DNA from: Mobula birostris
Taxonomy: Eukaryota
Assembly (NCBI RefSeq): GCF_030028105.1
Contig: NC_092384.1
Coordinates: forward strand, 17,243,629 to 17,307,628
Direction: 5' to 3'
Length of the DNA stretch: 64,000 bases
Shown: piece after piece, positions 63,709 to 64,000 of the stretch
Position numbering within the stretch: position 1 is the stretch's first letter
How the letters are laid out: the number at the start of each line of letters is the position of its first letter
Notes under the pieces: model-generated
Databases searched by the model: none
Told to the model about the DNA's origin: nothing
The model's input: only the letters and a program-made list of their open reading frames with translations
Program-made: the position numbers and the translations under genes

Positions 63709-64000
63709 AATAGAACATAGAACACAGTACAGGCCCTACGGCCCACAATGTTGTGCAGACCCTCAAACCCTGCCTCCCATATAAGCCCCTGCCTTAATTT
63801 CTTCCATATACCTGTCTAGTAGTCTCTTAAACTTCACTAGTGTATCTGCCTCCACCACTGACTCAGGCAGTTCATTCCACGCACCAAACGATCGGAGTAA
63901 AAAAGCCTTCCTCTAATATCCCTCGAACTTCCCACCCCTTACCTTAAAGCCATGTCCTCTTGGATTGAGCAGTGGTGCCCTGGGGAAGAGGCGCTGGCTA
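63709..64000 (-). mobile_element. CR1 3' end, same subfamily as 60312-62345, running off the window
   Basis: Closely similar to 60320-60625; ATAGAAC tail. Confidence 0.9.

Overview
Vertebrate genomic DNA, most likely a cartilaginous fish (shark or ray); this is inferred from the repeat landscape, not confirmed by a search. Roughly three quarters of the window is decayed transposable elements: many CR1 LINE pieces, an L1, RTE, Penelope and Rex1-type tails, tRNA-SINEs, a Tc1, two hAT DNA transposons, solo LTRs and a Gmr1-type Gypsy element with integrase upstream of RT. The one host gene I can build is a 7-exon minus-strand immunoglobulin-superfamily receptor (ATG 59527, stop 50296-50298, about 324 aa). 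It has a leader, a single-exon germline-joined VJ domain with an NKp30-like GTGxGTxLxV G-strand and no RSS, a C1-set domain, a 10-aa stalk, an uncharged TM, and a tail with two tyrosine motifs (TAYVSL, IIYSQV). This is a non-rearranging, antigen-receptor-like, putatively inhibitory receptor. The window also holds two broken paralogues of it. Copy A (about 7.9-16.7 kb, minus) has three Arg in its TM exon and has lost the tyrosine-motif exon. Copy C (about 16.9-17.4 kb) is an inverted intron fragment joined head-to-head to A. Together they indicate a birth-and-death immune receptor cluster. Exons were assembled by eye from splice signals and phase; element boundaries are approximate unless a TSD or TIR is cited.
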